A stretch of 64,000 nucleotides of DNA, from NCBI GenBank assembly GCA_037131555.1, contig JBAXQU010000003.1, positions 8,201-72,200 on the forward strand, written 5' to 3'. A program made the translations under genes and the position numbers. The stretch is from Bacteroidota bacterium. Its GTDB lineage: Bacteria; Bacteroidota; Bacteroidia; 2-12-FULL-35-15. The notes under the pieces were generated by a model, which was not told the DNA's origin, did no database searches, and worked only from the letters and a program-made list of their open reading frames with translations. Below, one piece after another: positions 28,478 to 41,300 of the stretch (the stretch's first letter is position 1; each line of letters opens with the position of its first letter).

Positions 28478-28829
28478 AACTTCCTTTAAAAGAAAAGAAA
28501 CTTGTTCCTTCTGCCGTCACTGTGGCGTCTGCTTGTAAATCTCCGTTTTCTTTATTCTTTATACCTACCGTAAGTATTATGTTATGCTGAATTTCGGGAT
28601 TAAGAATTGCTGTGAACTTCAAATTGTCGCCTATTACCATCCAAAGTTTTTTTTGAGTAATGTGCTCCACTACCTCTTTTACCATTTGTGTCAAACAAAC
28701 CCCAGGTACTACAGGATTGCCAGGGAAGTGACCATTGAATATTTGATGTTTCGGATTCAATTCAATGGAAGCAATGTGCTTTTCTGCATTCTCAATAGAA
28801 GTAATTTTGAAAAAATCATTTAGTAACAT
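28461..28829 (-). CDS. FabA/FabZ-like hotdog-fold dehydratase
   Basis: Contains the FNGHFPGNPVVPGV active-site motif. Its 3' end overlaps the convergent OmpA gene by 17 nt. Confidence 0.7.
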   Translation of the reverse strand: MLLNDFFKITSIENAEKHIASIELNPKHQIFNGHFPGNPVVPGVCLTQMVKEVVEHITQKKLWMVIGDNLKFTAILNPEIQHNIILTVGIKNKENGDLQADATVTAEGTSFFSFKGSFKELK

Positions 28830-28840
28830 AAATGTGGTTT

Positions 28841-29722
28841 TTATCTTTTTATTAAGTTGTAATTTTTAAATTCTCCAATATGCCAACCTGTTTTTTGATA
28901 GATGGCATTCAAAACTCTTCTTCGCAACGATTGTTTTATTCCTTTCGTGGGGTCGAAACTAAAAGTCCAATTGAGCCTCTTCAAGCGTTGTTCCATCACT
29001 TTAGGATGAGTGTCTTTAAACTTCGAAACTGAATCTATTTTCGAATAATCAAACTCGTCTACTTTCGGAACGTTTTCATTTACCCATTTATCATCATGCC
29101 ATAGTTTGTGAAATTCCAAGAGTTTTTGCTGCATGGCAGCAGGTGGACGAACCCAACCATAGTGATAAATGCAGGCATCAACATAAACAACATCAAGCTT
29201 TATATCATTATCTTTTCTGAAACTCATTGCATCTTTGTACGAATAGAAATTCTTCTTATTGCGGATAACTCGAATTTCCTTTTTATTCCAATTCCTTGCA
29301 TCGGCTATGTAATTGTACGATCCATAAAAATTTAAATGGTCGAATAACAAACCATCCACTTTCATATCGTCTTTGTATTTTATCATAGCGTTTTTAATGT
29401 TCGCTAAATATTTTTCGTGAATCACTTCATCACCTTGAATGTAAAAACACCAATCAACATCAGGCGAAATGGCTTTGTATGCCTTGTTAGTCTCGTCAGC
29501 CAGAACTCGCCCGCCTTCGCGCAAGCTATCATCCCAAACAGTTTCAATTATTGTTAGTTTTGGAGAGTTGATTGATTTGATATAGTTCAAAGTATCGTCA
29601 TCCGACTTACCAACTGCAATCACAAACTCATCGCAAACAGGAAGTATGGAGAGAACTGCTTCCAAAACGGGGTAATCAAACTTTACTGCATTTTTGATAA
29701 AAGAAAATCCTGCTACCTTCAT
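28841..29722 (-). CDS. Glycosyltransferase (family 2-like)
   Basis: 293 aa. The N-terminal Rossmann-like segment with an acidic DDD motif (VAVGKSDDDT) resembles small Bacteroidota GT2-like proteins. Confidence 0.5.
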   Translation of the reverse strand: MKVAGFSFIKNAVKFDYPVLEAVLSILPVCDEFVIAVGKSDDDTLNYIKSINSPKLTIIETVWDDSLREGGRVLADETNKAYKAISPDVDWCFYIQGDEVIHEKYLANIKNAMIKYKDDMKVDGLLFDHLNFYGSYNYIADARNWNKKEIRVIRNKKNFYSYKDAMSFRKDNDIKLDVVYVDACIYHYGWVRPPAAMQQKLLEFHKLWHDDKWVNENVPKVDEFDYSKIDSVSKFKDTHPKVMEQRLKRLNWTFSFDPTKGIKQSLRRRVLNAIYQKTGWHIGEFKNYNLIKR

Positions 29723-29750
29723 TGTTTACTTTGTTTATTCCTGTTAGTTT

Positions 29751-30293
29751 TTATTTACCTGTGCCCACAAAGTGGTCGTCTTTGTTTTTGAAAATGATAT
29801 TGAAACTAGTAAGACTACCGTAAATGCGAGTGATGTATTGTTGAAGATTTACTTTGTCCTCATCTGTCAACTTCGCATGGCTGTTGATGTTTTGTTCGAG
29901 CACTCGCAGGCGGTCGCGAACCATTACTATTTTATGAAAAAAACTTTCCAACGGAATTTCATGAGGTTTTAGTTTTTCATCTGCTGGTTTCATTATCAAG
30001 GTACCTCCATTCCATTTTTCAGCAAAGTCGATGTTTTCAATCACTGTTCCTGTTTGTTCGAGAATACTATTGAACACTTTTTCCAAATCCGATAAACTTA
30101 CTTTTGGTGAATCATCAGTCGATTCGACTAAATCAATCACTTCAAAGTTTTTGTTCGAACGCGAAAGTTCTATTTTGCCTCCACGTGCAAAAAACACTTC
30201 GTATCCTGCAAGGCTTACTGCACTTATTATTCCTTCACCATAATTCTCGTGGTCAATTCGAGTTCCTGGAGCGAGTTCCTTTTCCATCATCAT
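29751..30293 (-). CDS. Hypothetical protein
   Basis: 180-aa ORF tightly packed between the deacetylase and GT genes. I recognise no motif. Confidence 0.5.
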   Translation of the reverse strand: MMMEKELAPGTRIDHENYGEGIISAVSLAGYEVFFARGGKIELSRSNKNFEVIDLVESTDDSPKVSLSDLEKVFNSILEQTGTVIENIDFAEKWNGGTLIMKPADEKLKPHEIPLESFFHKIVMVRDRLRVLEQNINSHAKLTDEDKVNLQQYITRIYGSLTSFNIIFKNKDDHFVGTGK

Positions 30294-30294
30294 A

Positions 30295-31053
30295 TTATTT
30301 TGTTTGTTTCCCTGTAAAAAAAGACTTTATAAACGAAGGATAAAAGTAGTAGCCACTTACTTTACTCTTAAAACTATTCAATGATGTTTTAGGAGTTACT
30401 TCAATTCTTCGTATCTGAAATTTATCGGTGCCAAATTCTTTAGGCCCTGTATTGGTAGATACTGCATATTCGTATCCTGCTTCTTTGGTTATGCGTTTTA
30501 CCTCTTCATTTATTCCTCCAAAAGGATAAGCAAAACTAATCGCTTTTTTATTGGTTAGTTTTTCTACATCATCTTTACATCCTTTTATCTCTTTCCATTT
30601 CTCCTCTGCACTGCATCTCGACAAATCAACGTGCAACTGTGTATGGCCTCCCATTTCAATTCCATAATCACTCATTTCGCGTTTCTGTTCATCCGTCATC
30701 ATCTCCACACGAGGCTCGCCTTCGCGCACCCCCCAAGCATTATGATTGATTTGTGTAACCAAATAAATAACGGCTGTGAAATGGTGTTTCTTCAGCATTG
30801 GAAATAACAAACGATAATTATCTTCATATCCATCGTCAAAAGTAAGAATCACTTTTTTGGTTAAATCTTGATTGGGATTTGCCTGCAAATCGAAAAAAGT
30901 GATGGTTTGGTATCCATTCTCTTTTAGGTAAAGGAGTTGTTTCTCGAGGTCCTTTTGCCAAACAAATATTTTATGTTTACCTCGTGCCGACTCGTTAGTA
31001 ACCACACGATGATAAAGTAAAACCGGTAAACTATAGTTATTTTTCTTTTTCAA
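30295..31053 (-). CDS. Polysaccharide deacetylase (NodB homology domain)
   Basis: LTFDDGYEDNY together with downstream His motifs (GGHTQLH). Confidence 0.85.
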   Translation of the reverse strand: MKKKNNYSLPVLLYHRVVTNESARGKHKIFVWQKDLEKQLLYLKENGYQTITFFDLQANPNQDLTKKVILTFDDGYEDNYRLLFPMLKKHHFTAVIYLVTQINHNAWGVREGEPRVEMMTDEQKREMSDYGIEMGGHTQLHVDLSRCSAEEKWKEIKGCKDDVEKLTNKKAISFAYPFGGINEEVKRITKEAGYEYAVSTNTGPKEFGTDKFQIRRIEVTPKTSLNSFKSKVSGYYFYPSFIKSFFTGKQTK

Positions 31054-31327
31054 TTGAGTTTAATAAAACAACAAGCGCAAAACTAATTAAATTTGTTTAC
31101 AAGGTCTCAATTCTGTTTTAGCTCAAGTATTTATTTATTTTGAAAAATGATTTTTCCTGAAATTGGAGTTTTCATTCACAAGAAGCTGATGTAAAATTTC
31201 CTAAAAAACCTTGTTTTTAACCGGAGTTCTTACTTTGTGGTTCGGTTACATTCGGGGTTCCTTGCAGGTGCAGCCAAATTTCTTCCAAGCCAATTTTTAA
31301 ACCCCTTCCTTTCCAACCCCAAATATA

Positions 31328-31371
31328 CACCAAATTTTAAATCCTCAGCCTACACATATATATATGTATAC
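31328..31371 (-). repeat. Conserved box (reverse complement GTATACATATATATATGTGTAGGCTGAGGATTTAAAATTTGGTG)
   Basis: Contains the exact 13-mer ATACATATATATA and the GGATTTAAAA..GGTG extension shared with 19719-19761. It lies 132 nt from array B and points away from it. Confidence 0.6.
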
Positions 31372-31503
31372 CCAAAATTCCTTTTTAGGCTTAGCCAGAC
31401 GCTATGGTTTGAATTCTTTACCCAAAACGGTGAACGAGAGCAAAAAATTGCGGCAGCAATTGCCCAAAATAGAAAAGGAATTGAAAAAAACGAAAAAAAT
31501 GAC

Positions 31504-31692
31504 TTGCCGCAAGCAAAATTGCAGTTGCCGCAAGCAAAATTGCAATTGCCGCAACCAAAATTGCAGTTGCCGTAACCAAAATTGCAGTTGCCGCAAGCAA
31601 AATTGCAAATGCCGCAAGCAAAATTGCAATTGCCTTAACCAAAATTGCAGTTGCCGTAAGCAAAATTGCATTTGCCGTAAGCAAAATTGCAA
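31504..31692. repeat. Tandem array B: 9 copies of a 21-bp unit (consensus TTGCCGCAAGCAAAATTGCAR)
   Basis: Units counted individually, with exact 21-bp phase. Several unit junctions form GCAATTGC palindromes, and a TTGC-C-GCAA dyad lies within the unit. A partial inverted copy sits at 31448-31466. Several frames on both strands are open. Confidence 0.95.
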
Positions 31693-31928
31693 GTCCACCC
31701 GCTTTTCATCAAAAACCCTAAATTGAGAATTCTGCATTCTGCATTTTTCCCTTTGTGTCTTCGTGGCAACCTTCCAACTTTCAACTTTGAACTAAAATAC
31801 TCATTGCAACCTTTTCACAATTAAAAGAGTCTTGTTGAAAAGCGATTGAAAAGATAATGTGAAAAGAGATAAAAATGAGACAATTGTTTAGTATTTTTGT
31901 TCGCATAAATAGTGTTAATAGTTTAGAA

Positions 31929-32336
31929 ATGAAAAACGGAACAAATCAACCTGCCATATTGGTGCTTATCATTGGCCTTGTAATTGGCTTTGCTACAGTA
32001 TCAAAAGCACAAATAAAAGTGAGCTCTAGCAACCCAACAGCCGAAGAATTGGGCGAAGGAAAATGGCTTGTAAATAATGATAAAAAACTTAATGCCGAGA
32101 TGATAAAAACCGATTCGAAACAAGAAATTAGAGTTTCGTTTGCAGGCAATGAAGGCCCGAAAGGCAATTTGAAGATATATAATTCCATTCATCAATTGAT
32201 AACCGAATACACCATTGAGTTAAAAAAAGCACCCGAATATTATTCAATTTATGTTGCCGAATTTTCCGATGGAGAATTTACACTTCGACTCACCACCGAC
32301 AAAGGAATGCATACCACCCAACTTACTATTAACTAG
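31929..32336 (+). CDS. Small secreted protein whose C-terminal part resembles a T9SS type A sorting domain
   Basis: ATG at 31929 followed by a TM/signal segment (PAILVLIIGLVIGFATVSKAQ). The C-terminus LKIYNSIHQLITEY...GEFTLRLTTDKGMHTTQLTIN fits the Por-secretion-tail pattern. It lies 20 nt upstream of the giant adhesin gene. Confidence 0.45.
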   Translation: MKNGTNQPAILVLIIGLVIGFATVSKAQIKVSSSNPTAEELGEGKWLVNNDKKLNAEMIKTDSKQEIRVSFAGNEGPKGNLKIYNSIHQLITEYTIELKKAPEYYSIYVAEFSDGEFTLRLTTDKGMHTTQLTIN

Positions 32337-32355
32337 CATTAGCCAATAAAACAAT

Positions 32356-35300
32356 ATGAAAAAACTACTCGCCACATTATCTTTTTTAGGGATGGCATTG
32401 TTGTCGATGGCACAGTTGATAACACCGTTTACCGCCCGATACACCGTCACTCAAAAGGGTGGCATCGTAATATTGGCCAACACTGCAGCAGGATGCGGTG
32501 CAGGTACCAGTTCGTGTGGCGGTTTGAATTGTGTAAACTCACATGCCGAAATGCCTCCATCGGGCACCGCAGTAGATAATGATTTTGTACAAACTTATGT
32601 TGATATTGATGGTGATGCCTCCACCTATATGTCGAGTAGTGATAGCATGAATCTTAATTCGTGTAGTCAAGTTACCTTTGCTGGATTGTATTGGGGAGCC
32701 GGAGGGACTTCAACGGGAGGACAAACCAACGGAACACACTGGAACAACCGAGCCAATGTAAAATTAAAAGTAAATAACGGAGCTTACCAATCTTTAACTG
32801 CCGACAATACCTTCAACAATACCACAGGATACCTTTCGTATCACAATTTTAAAGACATCACCAGCATTGTAGCAGCAGCAGGTATCAAAGGCCGATTCAC
32901 AGTGGCCGATATGCCATTGCTTTACGATGCCTCAAGCAGTGTAAAAAACCGTTGGGGAGGTTGGGCCATTGTAATTGTTTACAAAAACGATTTGGAAAAC
33001 TACCGAAACCTAAGTGTATTCAATGGATTGACAAACGTATCGAATGGGGGGAACAATACCACCGATTTAACCATTTCAGGATTCAACACACCACCCACAG
33101 GGCCAGTAACTTTAGGTTTAGGTGTGGTTACTTTTGATGGTGATAGAGGATTGAATGCCAGTGGAAGCAGCGCTTGCCCTAATACTTACAAAGGCGATTC
33201 CCTTTTGTTCAGAGGTGCTGGTGTATTTCGCCCTATATTTGATGCTATCCATCCAATCAACGATGTGTTCAACAGTACTATCGCAAGAAATGGAGTGCTT
33301 ACTCCATATCGAAACCCAAGTTATAACAATACCTTGGGTCATGATGCCTCCATTTTTGAACCTAATAATGCTGCAAAAACATTTATTGGTAATGGTGCAA
33401 CCACTGCTACCATTCGGCAAAAAACAGGTGGAGAAACTTTTCTTACACAAGTGGTAACTTTTGCTATTGATGTGTATGAGCCAGATTTACGAGGCTCCTT
33501 ATCTTTTGTTGATTTAAATGGAGGCACTGTCGTTCCTGGAGATACCGTAGAATACACCGCAACCATAAAAAACATAGGTTCCGACCCTTCGGTGAATACC
33601 TTTATGATTGATACGCTTCCTTCGGCAGCGGTCTTTGTTCCCGGTTCGATAAGGGTAACTGCAGGACCGAACGTGGGCGTGAAAACGGATGTGTTGAATG
33701 ATGATCAAGGCGAATATCTAACAGCAAATAGGGCTGTGCGAGTGAGAATAGGTACAGGAGCCAATGCAGTAACAGGAGGAGTTGTCATCAATTCTCCTTC
33801 GGGTATTGATAGTACGCAAGTGAAGTTTAGAGCCACCGCCACCACCGATTGTGTCGTTTTGCTCTGCGATACTCATATCAACAATAAATTTAACGTGTTT
33901 GCCACTGGGCAAATATCATCCAACACTTTCAATACAGGAAGTAATCCAGGAATATTTGATGCTTTTGGATGTCCTATCTCAGGTTCCACCATTACCAATA
34001 TAGTTGCTGGAGTTTGTCCTCAACCAACAGCATCAAACAATACCCCTATTTGTGCGAGTAATACAATCAATTTATTCTCGAGTAGTTCCAATGTAGCCAC
34101 CTATTCCTGGACTGGGCCGAATGGATTTACATCTACGCTTCAGAATCCTACTATATCCAATTCAACTGTAGCTATGGCAGGAACCTATACTGTGGCCATC
34201 CATCCAAATGGATCCGCTTGTTTTTTAACTGCTACCACCAATGTGGTGATTAACCCTTCTCCTGTAATGACGAATCCTTCTTCAGTTTCCATTTGTACTG
34301 GAGGAACCGTAAACATCCCTTTGACAAGCAACGCTGGAGCTACTTATACATGGATAGGTAGCGACAATCCCAACGTGACTGGTGAAATAACAACCTTACA
34401 AACTTCGAGTACTATCACCAATACATTATTTAATCCCACATTGTTACCTCAAACGGTGACCTACACTGTAACCCCTACAGGAACAATTGCTGGTTGTCCT
34501 GGGGTTGTTCAGGTGATAACTGTTACTGTTAATCCTTTGCCTGATGCGATTGCAACACCTGCTCTACAAACCATTTGTTCAGGAGGAGTTACTTCTATTG
34601 CACTTTCAAGTACGACTCCTGGTTCCACTTATTCATGGACAGTATCTCAGTCAGGAGTTTCTGGAGGTTCGGCTGCGAGTGGAACTAACATCGCTCAAAC
34701 ATTAACAGAAACAGGCTCTTCGACTGGAACAGCTACTTATACGGTAACTCCAACTGCAAGTACTTGCGTTGGAACCCCAACAATGGTAACCATCAATGTT
34801 ACTCAGTTGTTTATTCCAACGTTTACTTACAACGGAAGTCCTTTTTGTCAGAATGGAACCAATCCTGCGCCAGTGTTTAGCGGAGGAGGTACTGCAGGGC
34901 ATTTTACATCTACACCGGGATTAAGTATCAATTCGAATACAGGCGTAATCAATCTTGCTGCAAGCACACCGGGAACGTATACGGTTACCAATTCGTTTGC
35001 CGCGGTAGGAGCTTGCGCAGCACAATCGGCCACTGCACAAATCACCATTACCGCATTACCAATCGCAGGATTTAATTATACCTCCACTCCTTATTGTCAG
35101 AATCTCGCCAACCCAACGCCAACATTCATCAGTGGTGGAGTTGCCGGAACGTTTTCTTCAGCTACAGGTTTGCAATTTGTAAGTACATCTACCGGGCAAA
35201 TTAATTTGACAGCAAGTACAGTGGGAACATACACTGTAACCAATACGGTAGCAGCAGCAAACGGATGTCCTGCCGTAAATGCAGCAGATACCATAGTCAT

Positions 35301-38300
35301 CCAAGCGTTACCAACAATGACAAATGCTTCCACAGCAACTATCTGTAGTGGAAACTCATTGAACATATCACTCACTTCATCAATTCCTTCGACTTATACT
35401 TGGATTACTTCAAACAATGCGAACACCACAGGTGAGAGCACCACCCTGCAAACATCCAGTGTAATCAATAATACCATAGTGAATACTGTAAATACTCCAC
35501 AAACATTAACCTATACCGTAACACCAATTTCAACATCAGGTAGCTGTATTGGTAGTACACAATCAGTAGTAATAACAGTAAACCCACAACCTACGGTTAC
35601 AAGTCCTTCCTCAACAACTATTTGTAGTGGAAGTTCAATAAATATCTCGTTAACAAGTAATATGAACTCCACATTTACTTGGTTGGCAAATGATAATGCT
35701 AACACTACAGGAGAGTCCACTACATCACAATCAACCAGCACAATTTCAGATGTGATTACAAATACGACCACTGTTCCACAAACACTAACTTATACCGTTA
35801 CACCCACATCAACTGTTTTTGGCAATTGCTTAGGTTCGAATCAAACCGTTTCAGTAATTGTTAATCCAACAACTACAGCAAGTGCTGGAGGTAATGCTAG
35901 TATCTGTTCATCAGGGACTTTCACTTTGTCAGGAACAATAGGAGGGGGAGCAACTTCAGCACAATGGACAACGAGTGGTACTGGTACATTTAATAATACA
36001 TCTTTATTGAATGCAACTTATACTCCATCGCCTGCAGATATTGCAGCTGGTTCGGTAACACTTACCATCACCACAGATAATCCAGTTGGCCCCTGTGATT
36101 TAGTTTCTGATTTTATGGTCTTAACCATTAATCCTGCAGCAACGGTTTCTGCAAATAGCGATGCAACTATTTGTGCAGGTAGTACTTATACATTAGCGGG
36201 TTCATTCGGATTACCCGCAGCATCCATCACTTGGTCGACTAGTGGAAGCGGTACTTTTAGTAATCCTTCTGATGCAAATGCTATTTATACTCCTTCTGCA
36301 ACAGATATAGCAGCAGGCAATGTTCTACTTACCATCACCACTAATAATCCTTCTGGACCTTGTCCTGCGGTGAACGATGCAATGATACTAACCATTAGCC
36401 CAGCTGCTATTGCGAACGCTGGCCAAGATGCTTCCATTTGCCAAGGCGATAGTTATACATTATCTGGTTCGATAGGAGGTAGTGCCAGTTCATTGAATTG
36501 GACAACTTCAGGAAGTGGCACTTTTAACAACCCGAATTCGGCAACAGCAACCTATACTCCTTCGGCTAGTGATATTGCCGCTGGGTCTGTAACGTTAACC
36601 ATGAGTACTAATAATCCTGTTGGTATTTGTTCGGCAGCTACAGATAACATGACCATTACATTTGCTCCAAACGACAATGCTAGTTTTGCGTATTCGGCTT
36701 CCACATTTTGTCACAATGGTGCCGATGTTAGTCCAACAATAACTGGGCTTACAGGTGGAGTGTTCTCGTATGCACCGAATGGATTATCTTTAAACGCAAG
36801 TTCAGGTACTATTAATTTATCGGGAAGTAACTTAGGTACCTACCAAGTATATTATACTACAGTTGGCCCATGTCCTCATACCGATTCAATGCAGATTACT
36901 ATTACAAATTCACCTGCATCAACATTCAATTTTACACCTTCTGCTTACTGCCAATTTGCTAGTTCGAATCCTTTACCAACATTTACCAATGGTGGTACAG
37001 CAGGAGTGTTTACTTCCTCTCCAGCAGGTTTGGTTTTTGTGAGTGCTATCACTGGTGAAATTGATTTAACCGCTAGTAGCCCTGCAACTTATACCATTAC
37101 CAATACAATAGCAGCTGGAAATGGATGTAATCAATCCATCTCAACGAGTACAGTTACCATCCGAGCATCAGCTATTGCAACAGCTGGAACTGATGCTTCA
37201 ATCTGTTCAGGTAATGCTTACACTTTATTTGGTGTTGTTTCAGGAGGAGCTACTTCATTGCTTTGGACAACTAATGGTACTGGAAGTTTCAATAATCCAA
37301 CAATTCCGAACGCAACGTATACACCTTCCGCAAGTGATGTAGCATCCGGTTTTGTTACAATTACGTTGAATGCTAATGAGCCTTCAGGTCAATGTCCTGG
37401 AAACGATGCATTGATATTGACGATTAATCCAGCAGCAGTAATAAATGCAAATACTGATGCGGTTATTTGTGCTGGTAACAACTATACTCTCTCAGGTTCA
37501 TTTGGAGGAGGAGCTAGTTCTGCTACATGGTCAAGCAGCGGCACAGGTAGCTTCGATAACACATCCATCAACAATGCTACATACACCCCTTCTCTTGCCG
37601 ATATTTCAGCAGGAAGTATTACTTTAACTTACACTACTAACAATCCATTAGGAAGTTGCAATGAAGCGGCAGATGCAATGGTGTTAACAATTACTCCAGC
37701 GGCTACTGCAAATGCTAATATTGATGATGTGATTTGTGCAGGAAGTACCTATACACTTTCTGGTTCTGTAGCTGGTTCAGCTACATCAGGTTCTTGGAGT
37801 AGTAGTGGAACCGGAACGTTTAATAATCCTTCGCTATTGAATGCTACCTATACACCTTCTGTTGCCGATATTGCTGCTGGTGGTGTAACATTAACATTAA
37901 GTTCTAATGACCCAACTGGGCCTTGTACCTCAGCATTTGATAATATGTTTTTAAGCATTACTCCTAATGCTACCGCTAGTGCTGGCAATGATGCTATTAT
38001 CTGTGGCAATGCTACGTTTTCGCTTTCTGGATCATATAGTGGTGGAGCAACTGCTATAACCTGGACCACCACTGGGTCAGGCAGTTTTAATAGTACCACT
38101 ACTCCTAATGCAATTTACACACCATCAGCAAGCGACATTGCTACGGGAAGTGTTCATTTGATCATCACAACAAATGATCCTCCGGGAATTTGTATGCCTG
38201 TTGCTGATACAATGTTGTTAACCATTTCGCAACCACAAGATGCATCCTTCACTTATCCTGCATCTACTTTTTGTATTTCGGGTACTAATCCTGTTCCATT

Positions 38301-41300
38301 CATTACAGGAGTAACTGGTGGAACTTTCTTTTCTACTCCTTCTGGATTATCAATGAATTCAAGTACAGGTGTTGTAAATCTTAGTTCGAGTGCAACAGGC
38401 ACCTATGTGATTACCTACGCAACAACAGGACCTTGTCCGAACACTAGCACACAAACAATAACATTGAGTGCAGCGCCTTCGGCCACATTTAATTACACTC
38501 CTGCTACCTATTGTCAAAATTCGAGTGTGAATGCATTCCCTACTTTCCCATTGGGGTCTAGTGCAGGCACTTTTAGCGCTACACCTATAGGTATTTCATT
38601 TGTAAGCACTGGGACAGGGGTGGTAGATTTAACAAGTAGTTCGCCAGGAATTTATACCATAACCAATACGATACCTGCATCAGGCGGATGTAGTGTATCT
38701 TCAGCAACAAGTACAATAACGATTGGCGCACAAGCTCTAGTGACCGCAGGTGCTGACGGAACTATATGTGCTGGCTCTTCATTTACCCTATCTGGCGCAA
38801 TTGGAGGAAGCGCAACGGTTTCCAATTGGGTTACATCAGGTTCAGGAACATTCAATAATAATTCCGTACCAACTGCTACCTACACTCCTTCAGCTGCCGA
38901 TATTGCAACTGGAAGTGTTACTTTAACAATCACTACTGATGATCCTGCTGGTGCTTGTCCTTCGGCAACTGATGCGATGCAAATTTTAATTTCTCCACTT
39001 GCCACAGTTGATGCGGGTAGCGATGCCTCCATCTGTGCTGGATTGCCCTACACTTTAACAGGTTCCTTTGGTGGAAGTGCCAATTCCTCAACTTGGAGTA
39101 CTAGCGGAACAGGAACATTTAATAATAGTGCATTGTTAAATGCTAATTATACTCCTTCTCCCGCTGATATTGCTTCTGGCAGTGTAGCATTAACATTGAC
39201 TACAAACGATCCAATCGGTCCTTGTTCTCAAGTAAACGATTTCATGGTACTTTCCATTAGCACCCCTGCAAGTGCTTTTGCAGGTGCAGATACAACTATT
39301 TGTTCTGGAACATCAATAAATCTTTCTGGGAATATAGGTGGTTCCGCATCATCCTTAACTTGGACGACTAGTGGTAGTGGTACATTTGGTAATTCAAGTA
39401 TTGCAAACACAAGTTATACTCCTTCTGCTGCCGATGCTGCATCAGGAAGTGTTACACTTACCATAACTACAAACGACCCAATAGGTGCTTGCAATCTAGC
39501 TACTGACAACATTGTTCTAAACATCAATCAATTCAATGATGCTTCGTTTGCTTATCCGAGTTCTACCTTTTGTGTTTCTGGAGCAAACCCAACACCTACT
39601 ATTAATGGGCCTACGGCTGGAGTGTTTACTTTCACACCATCAGGACTTTCTATCAACTCGTCAACAGGAACAATTAATCTTGCTTCGAGTTCAGTAGGCA
39701 CTTATTTAATCACCAATCATACAGCTGGACCATGTTCCGACTCAGCAACTGCATCAATAACCATTACCAATTCTTTCAATGCCAATTTTAACTACACATC
39801 TGGATTGTATTGTCAAAACGGAAGTCCTAATCCTACACCTAGTTATCTTGGAACAGGTAGTGGAGGTGTCTTTACTTTTGCCCCTGCTGGTTTAGTTATC
39901 AATTCGGTGAGCGGAGAGGTTGATTTAATAACATCTTCTCCTGGAACCTACGTTGTTACTAACACCATTGCTGCTTCTGGTGGTTGTACTTCTGCAATTG
40001 ATACAGGTATCATCACCATTACTCCTCATGATGATGCAAGTTTTGCTTATACAGGAACTTCGTTCTGTAAATCTGGAACCAATCCAATCCCTACCATCAC
40101 AGGTTTAGCTGGAGGAACTTTTAGTGTAAGTCCTGCAAACCTCTCAATAAATGCAAGTACAGGAGAGGTGTATTTAAGCGCAAGTAATTTCGGTAGTTAT
40201 AACATCACTTACACTACAGCAGGCAATTGTCCATTCTCCTCCACAGTTCCATTCACCATCACTGCTCCTCCTGATGCTTCCTTTATGTATGCAAGTGGTG
40301 GTGTGTTTTGTATTAACGCATTCCCAAATCCGACACCAATTATTCCAGGTGTTGGTGGCATATTTTCAGCCACACCTTCTGGTTTAGTCATCAATGTTGC
40401 AACAGGTCAAATCGATCTGGCCGCTAGTACTGTTGGTTCATACATGGTTACCGATTCGATTCCTGCGGGTGGAGGATGCTCAGCAGCTGTTACTACCAAT
40501 TCTGTTACTATCAATGCGCTTGATAATGCAAGCTTTAGTTATGCTCAAGCAAATTATTGTCAAGGAGGAACTAATCCGCTTCCAACCATCACAGGTGTAT
40601 CTGGTGGAACATTCAGTGTCGTGCCTTCTGGAATGACCATTGATGCAAATACAGGAAGTATAAATTTAGCCGCCACCATTGTGAGTGCTTATACCATAAT
40701 TTATACTACCAATGGCGCTTGTACCAATTCATCATCAGAGGTAGTGAATGTAATGCTTCCTCCTGTTGCCAGCGCAGGAGCCACAGCAAACATTAATTGT
40801 ACTGGACTTGCCACACTTACTGGCAATGGCTCATCACCAGCCACCTATAGTTGGGCTCCTTCAAGTTCAATAGTTTCAGGAAGTAATACACTTACTCCTG
40901 TTGTCAATAGTGCCGGTACTTACACCTTAACATTGGTAGATGGAACAACAGGATGTATTGCCACCGATTCGGTTGCTGTTACAAATACCTCTCAAGTGGT
41001 AGCATCGTTTACTACCAATCCCGATCCTGCAGTTGGTAGTGTTCCTTTAGTTGTTGGATTTACAAACACAAGTATCAATGCTACCAACTATACTTGGACA
41101 TTCTGCATTGGTTGCCCTCAATCTAATGCTGGTGATACAAGTTTTGTTTTCACCACATCAGGCACCTACACTGTTTATTTAGTAGCCAGTAATGGACTTT
41201 GTATCGACACCGTTTCAATGAAAGTGATTGTAAACGATGCGTATTCGGTTATTACACCAAACGTATTTAGTCCGAATGACGATGGTGTGAACGATCTTTT

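Noticed and set aside
31237-31737. ORFs through array B (31237-31575 +, 31364-31726 + with a Cys-rich KQNCSCR heptad, 31402-31737 -, 31418-31684 -).
   Set aside because: Same reasoning as for array A. Four mutually overlapping frames are open, and there is no independent coding signal that I can verify by eye.
32952-40636. Numerous 60-110-aa ORFs on both strands inside the giant adhesin gene, and similar ones inside the DUF349, M1 peptidase, secA, purA, uvrB and histidine kinase genes.
   Set aside because: They are antisense or out-of-frame shadows of long, motif-supported genes. Their amino-acid composition is low-complexity or unnatural.
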